A DNA stretch of 64,000 nt from the NCBI GenBank assembly GCA_964575955.1, contig CAZNTG010000007.1:32001-96000 (forward strand), written 5' to 3'. Below, one piece after another: positions 20,545-29,896 of this stretch. The DNA comes from an uncultured Thermoproteaceae archaeon (GTDB lineage: Archaea; Thermoproteota; Thermoprotei; Thermoproteales; Thermocladiaceae). The notes beneath the pieces are model-generated. The model did no database searches and had not been told where the DNA came from. It saw nothing but the letters and a program-made list of their open reading frames with translations. Within the stretch, counting starts at the first letter, position 1, and every line of letters starts with the position of its first letter. Made by a program: the position numbers and the translations under genes.

Positions 20545-20874
20545 CTAATAGTATCTTTCATTCTCTAGGTATTTGACGAAGTCGTATATCAGATCCTCGT
20601 CTATGTCGCATATGTCTTCTACACCCTGTTCATGTAGGTATGTTAGGAAGTTTCTGAGCTTGGGAAGGTACGTGTATATTGTTATGTCCTTGACACCTGT
20701 CCTCCTGCAATACAGGATGAACTTCCTGACTAGGTCACGAAATCTCTCAGGTACCTCGGATAAGTGAGTACTAAGCCACATCTCAACATCGTGATGGTAA
20801 ATTCTAACATACTCCTGCCTATCGTCAACAGTCACAGTGAGAGATGACTTATAAAGACGTTGAGAACTCTTCAC
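20545..20874 (-). pseudogene. Tyrosine integrase/recombinase N-terminal (core-binding, SAM-like) fragment; catalytic domain missing
   Basis: RDLVRKFILYCRRTGVKDITIYTYLPKLRNFLTYL..QGVEDICDIDEDLIYDFVKYL pattern; stops after about 100 aa with no R-H-R-Y domain. A TTTATAA box near 20850 suggests the start is the GTG near 20835. Confidence 0.75.
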
Positions 20875-20882
20875 TTCGTCAA

Positions 20883-20931
20883 TCAGCGCTTTGGACCTTC
20901 TTCATTTTTCTGAGGCTACCTTTCTCATCAC
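20883..20931 (-). ncRNA. Box C/D guide sRNA just downstream of hemA; D guide complementary to a tRNA-Gln(UUG) anticodon arm
   Basis: Minus strand reads GTGATGA (C), GAAAGGTAGCCT, CAGA (D'), AAA, ATGAAGA (C'), AGGTCCAAAGCG, CTGA (D). Confidence 0.8.
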
Positions 20932-20940
20932 TTGTGTTTT

Positions 20941-22212
20941 TCATGTTTTTACTGTTTTGTAAGTTTTTTCTTTTGTGAATTCTTTTTCTATGTTTTGTAT
21001 TATTTCTATTAATATTTGTTTTATCTTTTGTGTATCTTGTTGTATATTTTCCTCTAGCGTTTTTATTATTGGTCTTACTATTTTTGATGTTATACTTCTA
21101 ATTACTATGTCTAGTTTCTCTATCTGTCTATCTTCTACTAATCCTTCTTTTACAGCTTTTTCTAATTCTTTTCTAGCTATGTTGTATGCAAATTCTACAT
21201 ATTTTCCTACTAGTTTCTTAAGTTCTTTTTTCTCTATTTCAATACTTATGTTTTTAAGTTCTTGTTTTAACATCTCTTCTACCTTCTTAACTTCTTCTAA
21301 TTTATCTCTATTATATTTTTCTGCGAGTTTTATAAGATCTTCAAAATATATTACTGGTGCTTCAATATCTTTTTCTACAAGTCTTGGAACTCCTAGATCT
21401 ATTATTAGTGGCTTTTTTCTTAATTTTTTAATAATTTCTTTTGTTATTATTGGCTTTTCTGATGATATTGCTAGTATAGTTACGTCTGAATTTTCCATAT
21501 ATCTTATCAATGTGTCTATATCAAGTTTATCATATTTATAGCCTAATTTTTCTGCTATTTGTCTAGCTTTATCTATAGTTCTATTTAGTATTACTACATT
21601 TCTAGAATTTTTATCATATAATTCTTTAGCTATTGTTGATCCTAGATCACCAGCACCTACGATAAGTATTTTAGTGTTTTCTAAATCTTCGTAGAGTCTT
21701 TTTAATAGTTGTACTATTAATGATCCAAAACCATGTATTCCTCTTGATATTCCTGTTACTGTTCTTACATATTTTCCAAATCTTATAGATCTTTCAATTA
21801 TTAGCTTAAGTATATCTCTAATATATCTATTTCTCAATGCGTAATCGTAAGCTTTCTCTAATTGTCCTAAAACATCACATTCTCCAATTATTGCTGAGTC
21901 AAGACCAGCAGCTACTTTGAGAATATGTTCTACAACTTCCAGACCTTTGAAGATTTTGAAATATTTTAAATATTCTTCATTTCTATATACTTCACATATT
22001 ATGTCTTTATATGTGTAATCTATATTATCTCTAGAATATGTGTAATATTCTACTCTATGACATGTCTGTAGTATAAATAGTTCATCTATGTTAAATTTTT
22101 GCAATATTTTTCTATATGTGTCTTCGATATCTGTGTATAGTTTTGATAGTTCATCAGTATTTAACCATCTGTGTGTTGCTGCTATTAGTACAAGATTTTC
22201 AAGATATGACAT
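20941..22212 (-). CDS. hemA: Glutamyl-tRNA reductase
   Basis: LQTCHRVE catalytic Cys, VAAGLDSAIIGE..VLGQ, GAGDLG, NRT, DLGVPR. Confidence 0.95.
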   Translation of the reverse strand: MSYLENLVLIAATHRWLNTDELSKLYTDIEDTYRKILQKFNIDELFILQTCHRVEYYTYSRDNIDYTYKDIICEVYRNEEYLKYFKIFKGLEVVEHILKVAAGLDSAIIGECDVLGQLEKAYDYALRNRYIRDILKLIIERSIRFGKYVRTVTGISRGIHGFGSLIVQLLKRLYEDLENTKILIVGAGDLGSTIAKELYDKNSRNVVILNRTIDKARQIAEKLGYKYDKLDIDTLIRYMENSDVTILAISSEKPIITKEIIKKLRKKPLIIDLGVPRLVEKDIEAPVIYFEDLIKLAEKYNRDKLEEVKKVEEMLKQELKNISIEIEKKELKKLVGKYVEFAYNIARKELEKAVKEGLVEDRQIEKLDIVIRSITSKIVRPIIKTLEENIQQDTQKIKQILIEIIQNIEKEFTKEKTYKTVKT

Positions 22213-22263
22213 CTCTCACATTTAGCACATTGTTAGATATATGAAAAAGTTACTGTATGTCTA

Positions 22264-22312
22264 TCAGCTTGAAAAGAACTTCATCATTTTCAGTAAGAGC
22301 CTGATTCATCAC
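22264..22312 (-). ncRNA. Box C/D dual-guide sRNA, C box overlapping the rpl22 stop; both guides match 23S domain I
   Basis: Minus strand reads GTGATGA (C), ATCAGGCTCTTA, CTGA (D'), AA, ATGATGA (C'), AGTTCTTTTCAAG, CTGA (D); all four boxes are perfect. Confidence 0.9.
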
Positions 22313-22875
22313 TTAAATGGTACTAGTTTAATCCTCTTTGGAACATTGTCTGGTGGTAATTCTACACCTACAAGCTCTATATGTACTGTATCTTGTACCC
22401 ATGGTGTTGATCTTCCAAATGCTCTAGGCATGTAATTCCATATTTTCCTACCTTTATGTGTTGCTGCATGTACTATAACGACTCTATCAACATTCAACCC
22501 CTTATAGACTGCATTATTTTCAAGATTGTGTAATACTTCTAGAAATGCTTTAGCAACTTTAACAGGCCACTTAGCTACAGGCCATCCAGACCATGGAGTT
22601 CTATGGTGAGCTTGCTTCTTTATAAATGTCCTAATTGGTATTGGCATCTTAAGCTTAACTACCTGTTCAAGATACCACTCAGCCTGCTTTATAGTCATGT
22701 ACTTTATAAATCTAGCAGTTTCAATAGCCTTCTTCCAACTAATCCTATATTCACGACCAGCAGCTTTAACAATCTGATCTTCTGTAATCTTAACTCCAAA
22801 CTTTCTAAATGTCAAATCTATAATATCCTCATCTGTAACAGACCAATGCCATCTAGACATTACAGCACTAGTCAC
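22309..22875 (-). CDS. rpl22: 50S ribosomal protein uL22
   Basis: [41 protein letters not shown]. Confidence 0.95.
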   Translation of the reverse strand: MTSAVMSRWHWSVTDEDIIDLTFRKFGVKITEDQIVKAAGREYRISWKKAIETARFIKYMTIKQAEWYLEQVVKLKMPIPIRTFIKKQAHHRTPWSGWPVAKWPVKVAKAFLEVLHNLENNAVYKGLNVDRVVIVHAATHKGRKIWNYMPRAFGRSTPWVQDTVHIELVGVELPPDNVPKRIKLVPFK

Positions 22876-22904
22876 ATATGTGACTATATAAATATTTCCA
22901 ACAT

Positions 22905-23219
22905 ATGACTACTATGAGAAAGCTTGTGAGAGATAAGATACCTCAAATACTTGAGAGAGAAGGTAAGAAGTTTAGAATTGTTAAATATGTTAAAGATAAA
23001 GAAGAACTTCTTAAACTACTGCTAGATAAGCTTGTTGAGGAAGTTTACGAGTTTATTAAAAATCCATCTATTGAAGAAGCTGCAGATATTTTAGAAGTTT
23101 TAGAAAGTATTTTAAAAATTAGAGGATATTCTCTTAAAGATGTTCTAGATGTTAAAGAAGTTAAGAGAATTGAGAGAGGTGGTTTTGATGAAGGTATTGT
23201 AGTTGAAATTTTTGAATAA
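22905..23219 (+). CDS. MazG-like/PRA-PH-like nucleoside triphosphate pyrophosphohydrolase
   Basis: [32 protein letters not shown]. Confidence 0.85.
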   Translation: MTTMRKLVRDKIPQILEREGKKFRIVKYVKDKEELLKLLLDKLVEEVYEFIKNPSIEEAADILEVLESILKIRGYSLKDVLDVKEVKRIERGGFDEGIVVEIFE

Positions 23220-23221
23220 TA

Positions 23222-24307
23222 CTATTCAAGTCTTCCCTTATCTAGTAGAGACATTACATCATCAATATGTATTAATCCAAAACCTATTACATAATCTGCA
23301 GCACCATAAACTATCAATAGTTCATTCTTACTTACTCTAGCTAATCCACATGGAAATACTACAAATGGTCTATCACCATATACTTCATACATCATTCTTG
23401 GTTCTAGTATGTAGTATGGTGTTACTGCTATTGGTCTAAGTCCTGTATCTTTATCATATCTTAACAATGCTGCAAATGCTCTATAACCTTCAATTTCACG
23501 ATCAACACCGTGAACAATAACTAGATACTCATTCTCACTAACTTTAACAGGTGGTGTACACCACCCTAACTTATACTCAAATTTTGCTGGTTCCATAACA
23601 ACTTTAGTATTTCTAACTTCAATTTCTCTAAATGAGTTACCTGGAACTATCATTGATCTAGGTACTTGACTAGCAGTTAGATAATGAATCTCATTCATCA
23701 TATGTGGTCTATGTAGTAGATATACCCATTCAGGTTCACCAACATCTAGAATTACTGCATCTTTATCACTTATAGTTAACTCTCTAAGTCCTCTTCTAAG
23801 TACGAACACTCCAATCTTTGTACATCTTCTATAATCTTGACAACATGCAAGTACTGGTAGTGTACGTTCTCTTCTAATTGATGGATTGAAATAGCTTATA
23901 GTACGTCCTGAATATATCATACATATCCTACCATCAACTTCCTGAACTCTAGGATCTTCAGTACCCCAAATATCATATTTGACAGATGGGTATACAACTA
24001 TAGTTGCAGGATAATGTGAGAAACTTACAGCACCTGTAAGAACATCATCTAGAGGAATTTCTAGAAGAGCTATAGCACTAACATACATGTAATAGCCAAG
24101 TATTATTCTTGCATATATCATCACAATATTAGAAGCTTCATCAATTATGCAAGATGCATTAAATGCAGATACAGGTGTAGCAATTGGATAATTTTTCAAA
24201 TGTATATGATGTGGAGGAATAACACCTAACCTCCTAACAATATCTACAGACTTAAACTCACGAACTTCACATGCAGCATCAGCATTTACACATTTTTCAA
24301 ACACCAT
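23222..24307 (-). CDS. GH130/DUF377-type beta-propeller glycosidase/phosphorylase
   Basis: AFNA, GTEDPRV, KDAV, LHRP, HGV, YE..GDRPFVVFPCG, YGAAD. Confidence 0.85.
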   Translation of the reverse strand: MVFEKCVNADAACEVREFKSVDIVRRLGVIPPHHIHLKNYPIATPVSAFNASCIIDEASNIVMIYARIILGYYMYVSAIALLEIPLDDVLTGAVSFSHYPATIVVYPSVKYDIWGTEDPRVQEVDGRICMIYSGRTISYFNPSIRRERTLPVLACCQDYRRCTKIGVFVLRRGLRELTISDKDAVILDVGEPEWVYLLHRPHMMNEIHYLTASQVPRSMIVPGNSFREIEVRNTKVVMEPAKFEYKLGWCTPPVKVSENEYLVIVHGVDREIEGYRAFAALLRYDKDTGLRPIAVTPYYILEPRMMYEVYGDRPFVVFPCGLARVSKNELLIVYGAADYVIGFGLIHIDDVMSLLDKGRLE

Positions 24308-24422
24308 AACGTACTTAAAACCTAAGTTGAGTTAGGAGAAAAATAACACTTACTTAAGATATGAAAGACAGGAACATAGAGTAAGGTTTAAGAATAGTCA
24401 TGATATTTTTAGTACTCAGTAA

Positions 24423-24527
24423 GGGCCCGTAGCTCAGCAAGGCAGAGCGGCGGACAACCGCCGAGTGGGCGGTTGGCCGTAGCTCCAGACCCGTAGGTCC
24501 CGGGTTCAAATCCCGGCGGGCCCACCA
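24423..24527 (+). tRNA. tRNA-Trp(CCA) with a 28-nt non-canonical intron at position 30/31 (24454-24481)
   Basis: GGGCCCG/CGGGCCC acceptor stem, T-arm CCGGG TTCAAAT CCCGG, encoded CCA. Removing the intron gives GCGGG-CTCCAGA-CCCGT; strict hBHBh' splice motif. Confidence 0.93.
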
Positions 24528-24528
24528 C

Positions 24529-24831
24529 TCATTCCTTGAGTTCTTCCTCTGTTTTTCTTCTCTTTACTGCTCTATCGAAGACTATCCAATTTCTATACCA
24601 TTCCTCATTTTCCTGTCTTAATTGTTCTAAGATCCATTTTGTCAATTCTTTGGCAGTAACTTCCTTCCTCTCTTCCATTATTATCTTTGCAAATATTTTA
24701 GTTGCTATTTTCCTAGCTATTTCAGGTGGTGCTCCTGCCTTTAGACAAGACATGACAATCTTCTCGTATATGAACGGTTCTCTTCTACCATCTCTCTTGA
24801 TAACTGTAGTTTCAGGAGTCCAAATTACCAT
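24529..24831 (-). CDS. Stand-alone ATP-cone domain protein
   Basis: VIKRDGRREPF..EKI..SCLKAG. Confidence 0.85.
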   Translation of the reverse strand: MVIWTPETTVIKRDGRREPFIYEKIVMSCLKAGAPPEIARKIATKIFAKIIMEERKEVTAKELTKWILEQLRQENEEWYRNWIVFDRAVKRRKTEEELKE

Positions 24832-24929
24832 GTATCAAAATTCTAGCTATGTATTATTAAAGTCTTTTGTCTATCATTAATATGTTTTGAGACAATGTTA
24901 ATAGTCTCTACAATATTCAAATCTAATGT

Positions 24930-25385
24930 ATGAGTGGTGAAGTATGTAAAGTTGAAAAGCCTTTCGAATATGCTGAACATACTGCAGATGTTATGATAGT
25001 AGCATATGGATGTACTCTTGAAGAAGCTTTTAAAAATGCTGCATATGGATTTGCAGAATTTATATATGATACTTCAAAAGTAGAGAAGAAGAAATGTATT
25101 GAAATTAATATTGAGGGTATAGATCTAGAACAACTACTGTTTAATTGGATTGATGAACTATTATATAGGTTAGATGCTGAAAATTTTGCAATATCAAGTA
25201 TAGAAGATTTGAATATTAGTAATGTAGAAGATAGATATATACTAAAAGCTACCATATGTGGTGAAGATTATGATAAAAATAAGCATGGATTCAAAGGTAC
25301 GATAATTAAAGCAATGACATATCACATGATGAAGATAGAAAAGCAGGATTCTCTTTGGAGAGTACAGTATGTCGTAGATATATAG
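24930..25385 (+). CDS. Archease
   Basis: EHTADV...AYG.TLEEAF, LL..W..ELLY, IKAMTYH, C-terminal VDI. Confidence 0.93.
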   Translation: MSGEVCKVEKPFEYAEHTADVMIVAYGCTLEEAFKNAAYGFAEFIYDTSKVEKKKCIEINIEGIDLEQLLFNWIDELLYRLDAENFAISSIEDLNISNVEDRYILKATICGEDYDKNKHGFKGTIIKAMTYHMMKIEKQDSLWRVQYVVDI

Positions 25386-25434
25386 CGCTATGCATATAAA
25401 TTACTTGGAATGAGTAATTGTAAGTGCATCGTAT

Positions 25435-25809
25435 ATGTATGTGATATTGAGCATATATGACTACATAAGGATGTTGCAAAAATTTTATCATGAATACTCG
25501 TCATTTTATACTAGTCTAATATATATAGCATTCATAATCTTAGTACTGCTTGCTCTTGGAGTTGTACTTATAGGTACTAAGAGAGATGTTGTAAGTCTAG
25601 TACTTTACACAATTCTAGGAATAATATCTATGGGTATAGTTGCAGCAATATTCTATCCACCTTTCTTAAAATTTCTAATAGATTTATATAATAGTTTATG
25701 TTCTTTCTTCTCTAATCTTTATAGGTATCTTTCTACTTATCTTCATAGTCTCAGTTTTAGCAGGCAACTTCTCATAGTGTATATCTATCATATATGGCTC
25801 AACACCTGA
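25435..25809 (+). CDS. Small hypothetical membrane protein
   Basis: Two clear TM helices; the 3' 114 bp overlap the convergent glycosyltransferase. Confidence 0.5.
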   Translation: MYVILSIYDYIRMLQKFYHEYSSFYTSLIYIAFIILVLLALGVVLIGTKRDVVSLVLYTILGIISMGIVAAIFYPPFLKFLIDLYNSLCSFFSNLYRYLSTYLHSLSFSRQLLIVYIYHIWLNT

Positions 25810-26970
25810 GTACAATCTTAGATGCATCTTTGCAACATTTATCCAGCTAGTCTCATATGCATACTGTATTAATGGTCTTATGTAGGTTAGAGTTTTCTCA
25901 TAGTTTGACAAGACTATACTCAACTTAGCTGCTAATGCTTCAGGATTTGCAGGTGGGAATGTAAGTCTTGGAGCAAGTTCATAACATTCTATTAATCTAG
26001 GAACTCTAGCACATACTATAGGCTTAAAACTTCCAAGAGCTAGATGAAATGCACCACTAACACCAATATCTCCCTTAACATCTATATATGGTAGTACTAT
26101 GACATCTGCTGCTGAGTAGATTAGATTTATCTCTCTACGAGTTAAATATTTTGACATTATTATAATCCTACCCTGCATATTTTTAGTAGATTTCATAAAA
26201 TCTTCAACATATTTCCTATTTTCTTCACCTTGAAGTTGTCCAGCAACTAGTAGTATAACATCTCTATGACCATGCTTATTTACTAGTAGGTCGAGTGCTC
26301 TTAATATTATATGAAGACCCTTATCTTTCCTTAAAAACCCCTGTATTAATATTACCTTGAAGTTGTTTGGAATATTTAAATTAAGTTCACGTATAGCATC
26401 TATCTTACTCACAATTTTCAATATACGTGTACCATGTGGTATTCTCACAATCTTATCAATACTAACTCCCTGATGTACTAACTCCATCTCCTGTAGTGAA
26501 CTATGTACAATTACTACATCTGCAATTTCACATATCTTTCTCTGAAATTCATGAATATTTTCATAATGTAGTACATGTCTAACTGTGTGGAGTGTTATTA
26601 TTAGCGTTGATGTGTATTTCTTAATATTTTTCAACATTTCTATAAAATCTGAACTCCATGGAAATAGAGAATATTCGTGTTGTATATGTATTATATCGAA
26701 ATATTTACGTTCTCTAATTTCATTAATAATCTTATCATAGTCTGGACAGCCTGCAAGACCTACATCAACAATATCTCCAATCTTATCTAACTCATACTCT
26801 TCAGGATTTGTATCACCTTCTCTAGTTCTTAAACGTAGTATTGTTATGTTTGTACGATGTGATATTTTTAGTATTGATGTAACTAGGTCATATGTGTATT
26901 CAGCAATACCACACTTAGCAGGAGGAAAAGTTGAAATATATGCAACCCTCATGTTAGGTATATCCCACAC
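25696..26970 (-). CDS. GT4-family glycosyltransferase
   Basis: STFPPAKCGIAEY, HIQHEY, TLH, IPHG, GFL..DKG, LPY...SG. Confidence 0.9.
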   Translation of the reverse strand: MWDIPNMRVAYISTFPPAKCGIAEYTYDLVTSILKISHRTNITILRLRTREGDTNPEEYELDKIGDIVDVGLAGCPDYDKIINEIRERKYFDIIHIQHEYSLFPWSSDFIEMLKNIKKYTSTLIITLHTVRHVLHYENIHEFQRKICEIADVVIVHSSLQEMELVHQGVSIDKIVRIPHGTRILKIVSKIDAIRELNLNIPNNFKVILIQGFLRKDKGLHIILRALDLLVNKHGHRDVILLVAGQLQGEENRKYVEDFMKSTKNMQGRIIIMSKYLTRREINLIYSAADVIVLPYIDVKGDIGVSGAFHLALGSFKPIVCARVPRLIECYELAPRLTFPPANPEALAAKLSIVLSNYEKTLTYIRPLIQYAYETSWINVAKMHLRLYSGVEPYMIDIHYEKLPAKTETMKISRKIPIKIREERT

Positions 26971-27069
26971 ATTATTAAGAACCTTTCTGACCTGATAATT
27001 GATAACTAAGTACCAGTATTGTGATAATTAGGAATATTTATAAGTATGTTCACATACAGTTAAAATGCA

Positions 27070-27273
27070 ATGAGAATATATAAATGTTCATTCTGTGGAG
27101 CACCAATACCACCAGGATTTGGAATAACATATGTTAAGAAGGATGGTACAATATTGAGATTTTGTAGTAGAAAATGTTTTGTAAGTATGATAAAGTTTAA
27201 ACGTGATCCAAGAAAGCAGACATGGGTCAGGAAGATGCAGAGAAAAATGAAAGCTCAACAAGCTAAAAAGTAA
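27070..27273 (+). CDS. rpl24e: 50S ribosomal protein eL24
   Basis: CSFCG..IPPG.G ... FCSRKC ... RDPRK..W. Confidence 0.95.
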   Translation: MRIYKCSFCGAPIPPGFGITYVKKDGTILRFCSRKCFVSMIKFKRDPRKQTWVRKMQRKMKAQQAKK

Positions 27274-27302
27274 TATAGGTAGACAATTTCTAGACTTACA
27301 AT

Positions 27303-28175
27303 ATGCCTACAATCAATGTAAGAATCTTAGAGAAGGAAGATAACTATTTGAAGATGGTTATTGAAGGTATAAGTCCTCCACTAATAAATGCCTTGAGAAG
27401 AGTATTAATTTCAGATGTTCCATGTCTAGCAATTGATGAGGTTGTAATTCTAGATAATACGTCTGTGATGTTTGATGAAGTTCTTGCACATAGATTAGCA
27501 TTAATACCATTAAAGACTAATTTGAAGAAATTTCCAAAGATTGAAGAATGTGAAGAAGGTCTTGTAGATCAGTCACAATGTTCTGCAAGACTTACACTAC
27601 AGGTAGAGGCTAGAGAACCAACAATAGTGTATAGTAGAGATTTGAAGAGTGATGATCCAGATGTAGAACCTGTATATCCTGACATACCCATAGTCAAGCT
27701 TGGTAAAGGTCAGAGAATTGTTCTTGAAGCAATAGCTAGACTTGGAAGAGCTAGAGAACATGTTAAATGGCAGGCATGTCTAGCAGCATACTACTACTAT
27801 CCTAAGGTCATTATAGTGAATAGTAGTGATAAGAAGTGTTATGACATGTGTAAAGATATATGTCCTGATGCTCTAGATTGGAATGATAATGAGGGTATGA
27901 AGGTTAAAGATGTTGAAAAATGTACTTTTAATAGATGGAAGACATGTGAACATGTATGTGAAGGATCCATAAAGGTTGATTGGGAAACTAACAAGTATGT
28001 GTTTTGGATAGAATCTTTTGGAAATATGTCAATGAGAGATCTTATTGAAGAAGCTTTTAGAATATTGAAGAAGAAGTTTGAAGATTTTGTAGAGATTTTA
28101 GATATAGAGGTGTTGAAGTACACTACATTGAAGGAAGAAAAGACTACCAGTGTAAGTACTAGTGAGGAGGGTTAG
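27303..28175 (+). CDS. rpoD: RNA polymerase subunit D (Rpo3) with ferredoxin-like Cys cluster
   Basis: NALRR..ISDVP.LAID.V...NTSVMFDE.LAHRLALIP, IPIVKL, EHVKWQ. Confidence 0.95.
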   Translation: MPTINVRILEKEDNYLKMVIEGISPPLINALRRVLISDVPCLAIDEVVILDNTSVMFDEVLAHRLALIPLKTNLKKFPKIEECEEGLVDQSQCSARLTLQVEAREPTIVYSRDLKSDDPDVEPVYPDIPIVKLGKGQRIVLEAIARLGRAREHVKWQACLAAYYYYPKVIIVNSSDKKCYDMCKDICPDALDWNDNEGMKVKDVEKCTFNRWKTCEHVCEGSIKVDWETNKYVFWIESFGNMSMRDLIEEAFRILKKKFEDFVEILDIEVLKYTTLKEEKTTSVSTSEEG

Positions 28176-28592
28176 TTAAGACTTTGATTGGAGATTGAAT
28201 GGTTTACCCTCCTTCAATATCTTATCTGCAAGTTCAGGAGCTATACTTCTCAACTTATCCTGTATAGATTGTAGAAATTCTACATCTTCTTTAACACTTC
28301 TTAAATCATCTGGAAGTAGTATTGGTATCTCCTCCTTAATAGGATACCATCTTCCACATTCAGGACAGTACAATATTCCTGTTACAACTTCCTTCTTAAT
28401 ACATTCTTCACACGGTGCATCTTTTATATCTTTAATATACTTTCTCAAAAGTCCACAATATTCTTCACAAAATGGTTTCTTTTCCCACTCATACTTCCTC
28501 TCAGGATACTCTTTCTCTTCTATAACTATGAGTGTTAATGGAAATTTTTTGTCATATGGACATGCAAGTATGTCTAACAATCTGTACTTCAT
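28176..28592 (-). CDS. Trm112-family methyltransferase activator
   Basis: LLDILACPYDK.FPL ... GILYCPECGRWYPI...IP.LLPD. Confidence 0.9.
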   Translation of the reverse strand: MKYRLLDILACPYDKKFPLTLIVIEEKEYPERKYEWEKKPFCEEYCGLLRKYIKDIKDAPCEECIKKEVVTGILYCPECGRWYPIKEEIPILLPDDLRSVKEDVEFLQSIQDKLRSIAPELADKILKEGKPFNLQSKS

Positions 28593-28681
28593 CCTCTATC
28601 TAGTAAATGTTCAGACTTTTAAGGTATTGTGCACTTGTTAAAGCATGTAATATACATATTTAAATATCAGCTTTCTACCAT

Positions 28682-29896
28682 GTGATATATATGCTTAGGG
28701 TAGCTCTAGGATATCTAGCAGTATTTGCTGAACAGAGTAGGAATGTTACTCAAAATCCACTATACACATATTATGGTGGTGGAAATAGTTTTTGGTGGTT
28801 TCTATTTTGGCTAGCACTATTCTTCATACTTCCATTCCTATTTGGAGACTACTATCAACTTCTAAGACTATCAGGAACTATCAACAGACTACTTGTTGAT
28901 CTTGGTAGAGTTTTAAATCAAAATATTGCTAATGTAGTTTCAACTATAGAAAATATTGCACGTAGAAAAAATATATCAACTCCAAATAGGTCAGAAATTG
29001 AGAATAGAATTAAGGATATGATAGAGTATGTTGTAATAACACCAACACAGATAGAACCTCAAGGTTTAGTATCAAAACTTAAACATCTGATAATACTGTA
29101 CGATCATAGACTTGAAGAGCTTGTTAGAAGGATAATTCCTGTAGATAAACCTATAATTCAAAATCTTGCAAGCAGTATTGAAGCATTGAGAGTATTGAAC
29201 TACATATACAAGATAATAATGCACTACTACAAACTTGGTATGAAATATAAGAACCCATACCTACTACTGCAAGTATACATGGCATTACCACAAATTAAAG
29301 AGTTTGTAAATGCTCTAAATGGTGCAATATCAGCATTTACAAAAGGACAACCTATAGGTGATAGTGCTGGACCATTAACAGCATATAAGTTTCTGAAAGA
29401 GAAGTGTGAAGAAGTTGAACCGCTAAACCACTCTATAGAGAATACATACATAGCAAGATGTAGATATAGGAACAAGACTGTATATATTATAAAGGCTCTA
29501 GGACCAGGTTCGAACACTGGTAGACTTGATGATGCTGTTATATATCTAGTAGAGAGATGTGGTGTTAAGCCTAAGATGATCATAACTGTAGATGCTGCAT
29601 TAAAACTTGAAGGTGAGAAGACTGGATCAATAGCTGAAGGTATTGGTGTTGCTATTGGTGGTATTGGTGTTGAGAAGTTTAATATTGAAACTATAGCAGC
29701 TAGATATGGAATACCACTATATGCAATACTGATAAAGATGGGTGTTCCTGAAGCTTTAACATTAATGAATAAAGATATTGCAGAAGCTACTAGTAAAAGT
29801 GTTGAAAGAATTTGTAGAATTATAGATGAAAATGTTAGAGATAACGAAGAAGTTATATTAATTGGAGTTGGTAATACTATAGGTGTAGGTCAGTGA
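28682..29896 (+). CDS. DUF1512 membrane protein
   Basis: GQPIGDSAGP, TVDAALKLEGE.TG.IAEG.GVAIGG.G.EK, GVGNTIGVGQ. Confidence 0.85.
   Translation: MIYMLRVALGYLAVFAEQSRNVTQNPLYTYYGGGNSFWWFLFWLALFFILPFLFGDYYQLLRLSGTINRLLVDLGRVLNQNIANVVSTIENIARRKNISTPNRSEIENRIKDMIEYVVITPTQIEPQGLVSKLKHLIILYDHRLEELVRRIIPVDKPIIQNLASSIEALRVLNYIYKIIMHYYKLGMKYKNPYLLLQVYMALPQIKEFVNALNGAISAFTKGQPIGDSAGPLTAYKFLKEKCEEVEPLNHSIENTYIARCRYRNKTVYIIKALGPGSNTGRLDDAVIYLVERCGVKPKMIITVDAALKLEGEKTGSIAEGIGVAIGGIGVEKFNIETIAARYGIPLYAILIKMGVPEALTLMNKDIAEATSKSVERICRIIDENVRDNEEVILIGVGNTIGVGQ

Larger units (their letters stand above)
9881..20880. mobile_element. Degraded genomic island carrying a type III-B CRISPR effector operon and an integrase remnant
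   Basis: GC rises to about 40% (by eye) with many CG dinucleotides; left edge truncates a gene, right edge has an integrase fragment. No att duplication found, so boundaries are approximate. Confidence 0.65.

Noticed and set aside
8063-20931. The two flanking C/D sRNAs as attL/attR repeats
   Set aside because: They are on opposite strands and share only box motifs, not guide sequence.
8118-20940. CRISPR array or isolated repeat near the cmr operon
   Set aside because: I read the intergenic stretches 8118-8348, 9881-9995 and 20391-20544 and found no 24-37 nt repeats or GAAA(C/G)-ending repeat units.
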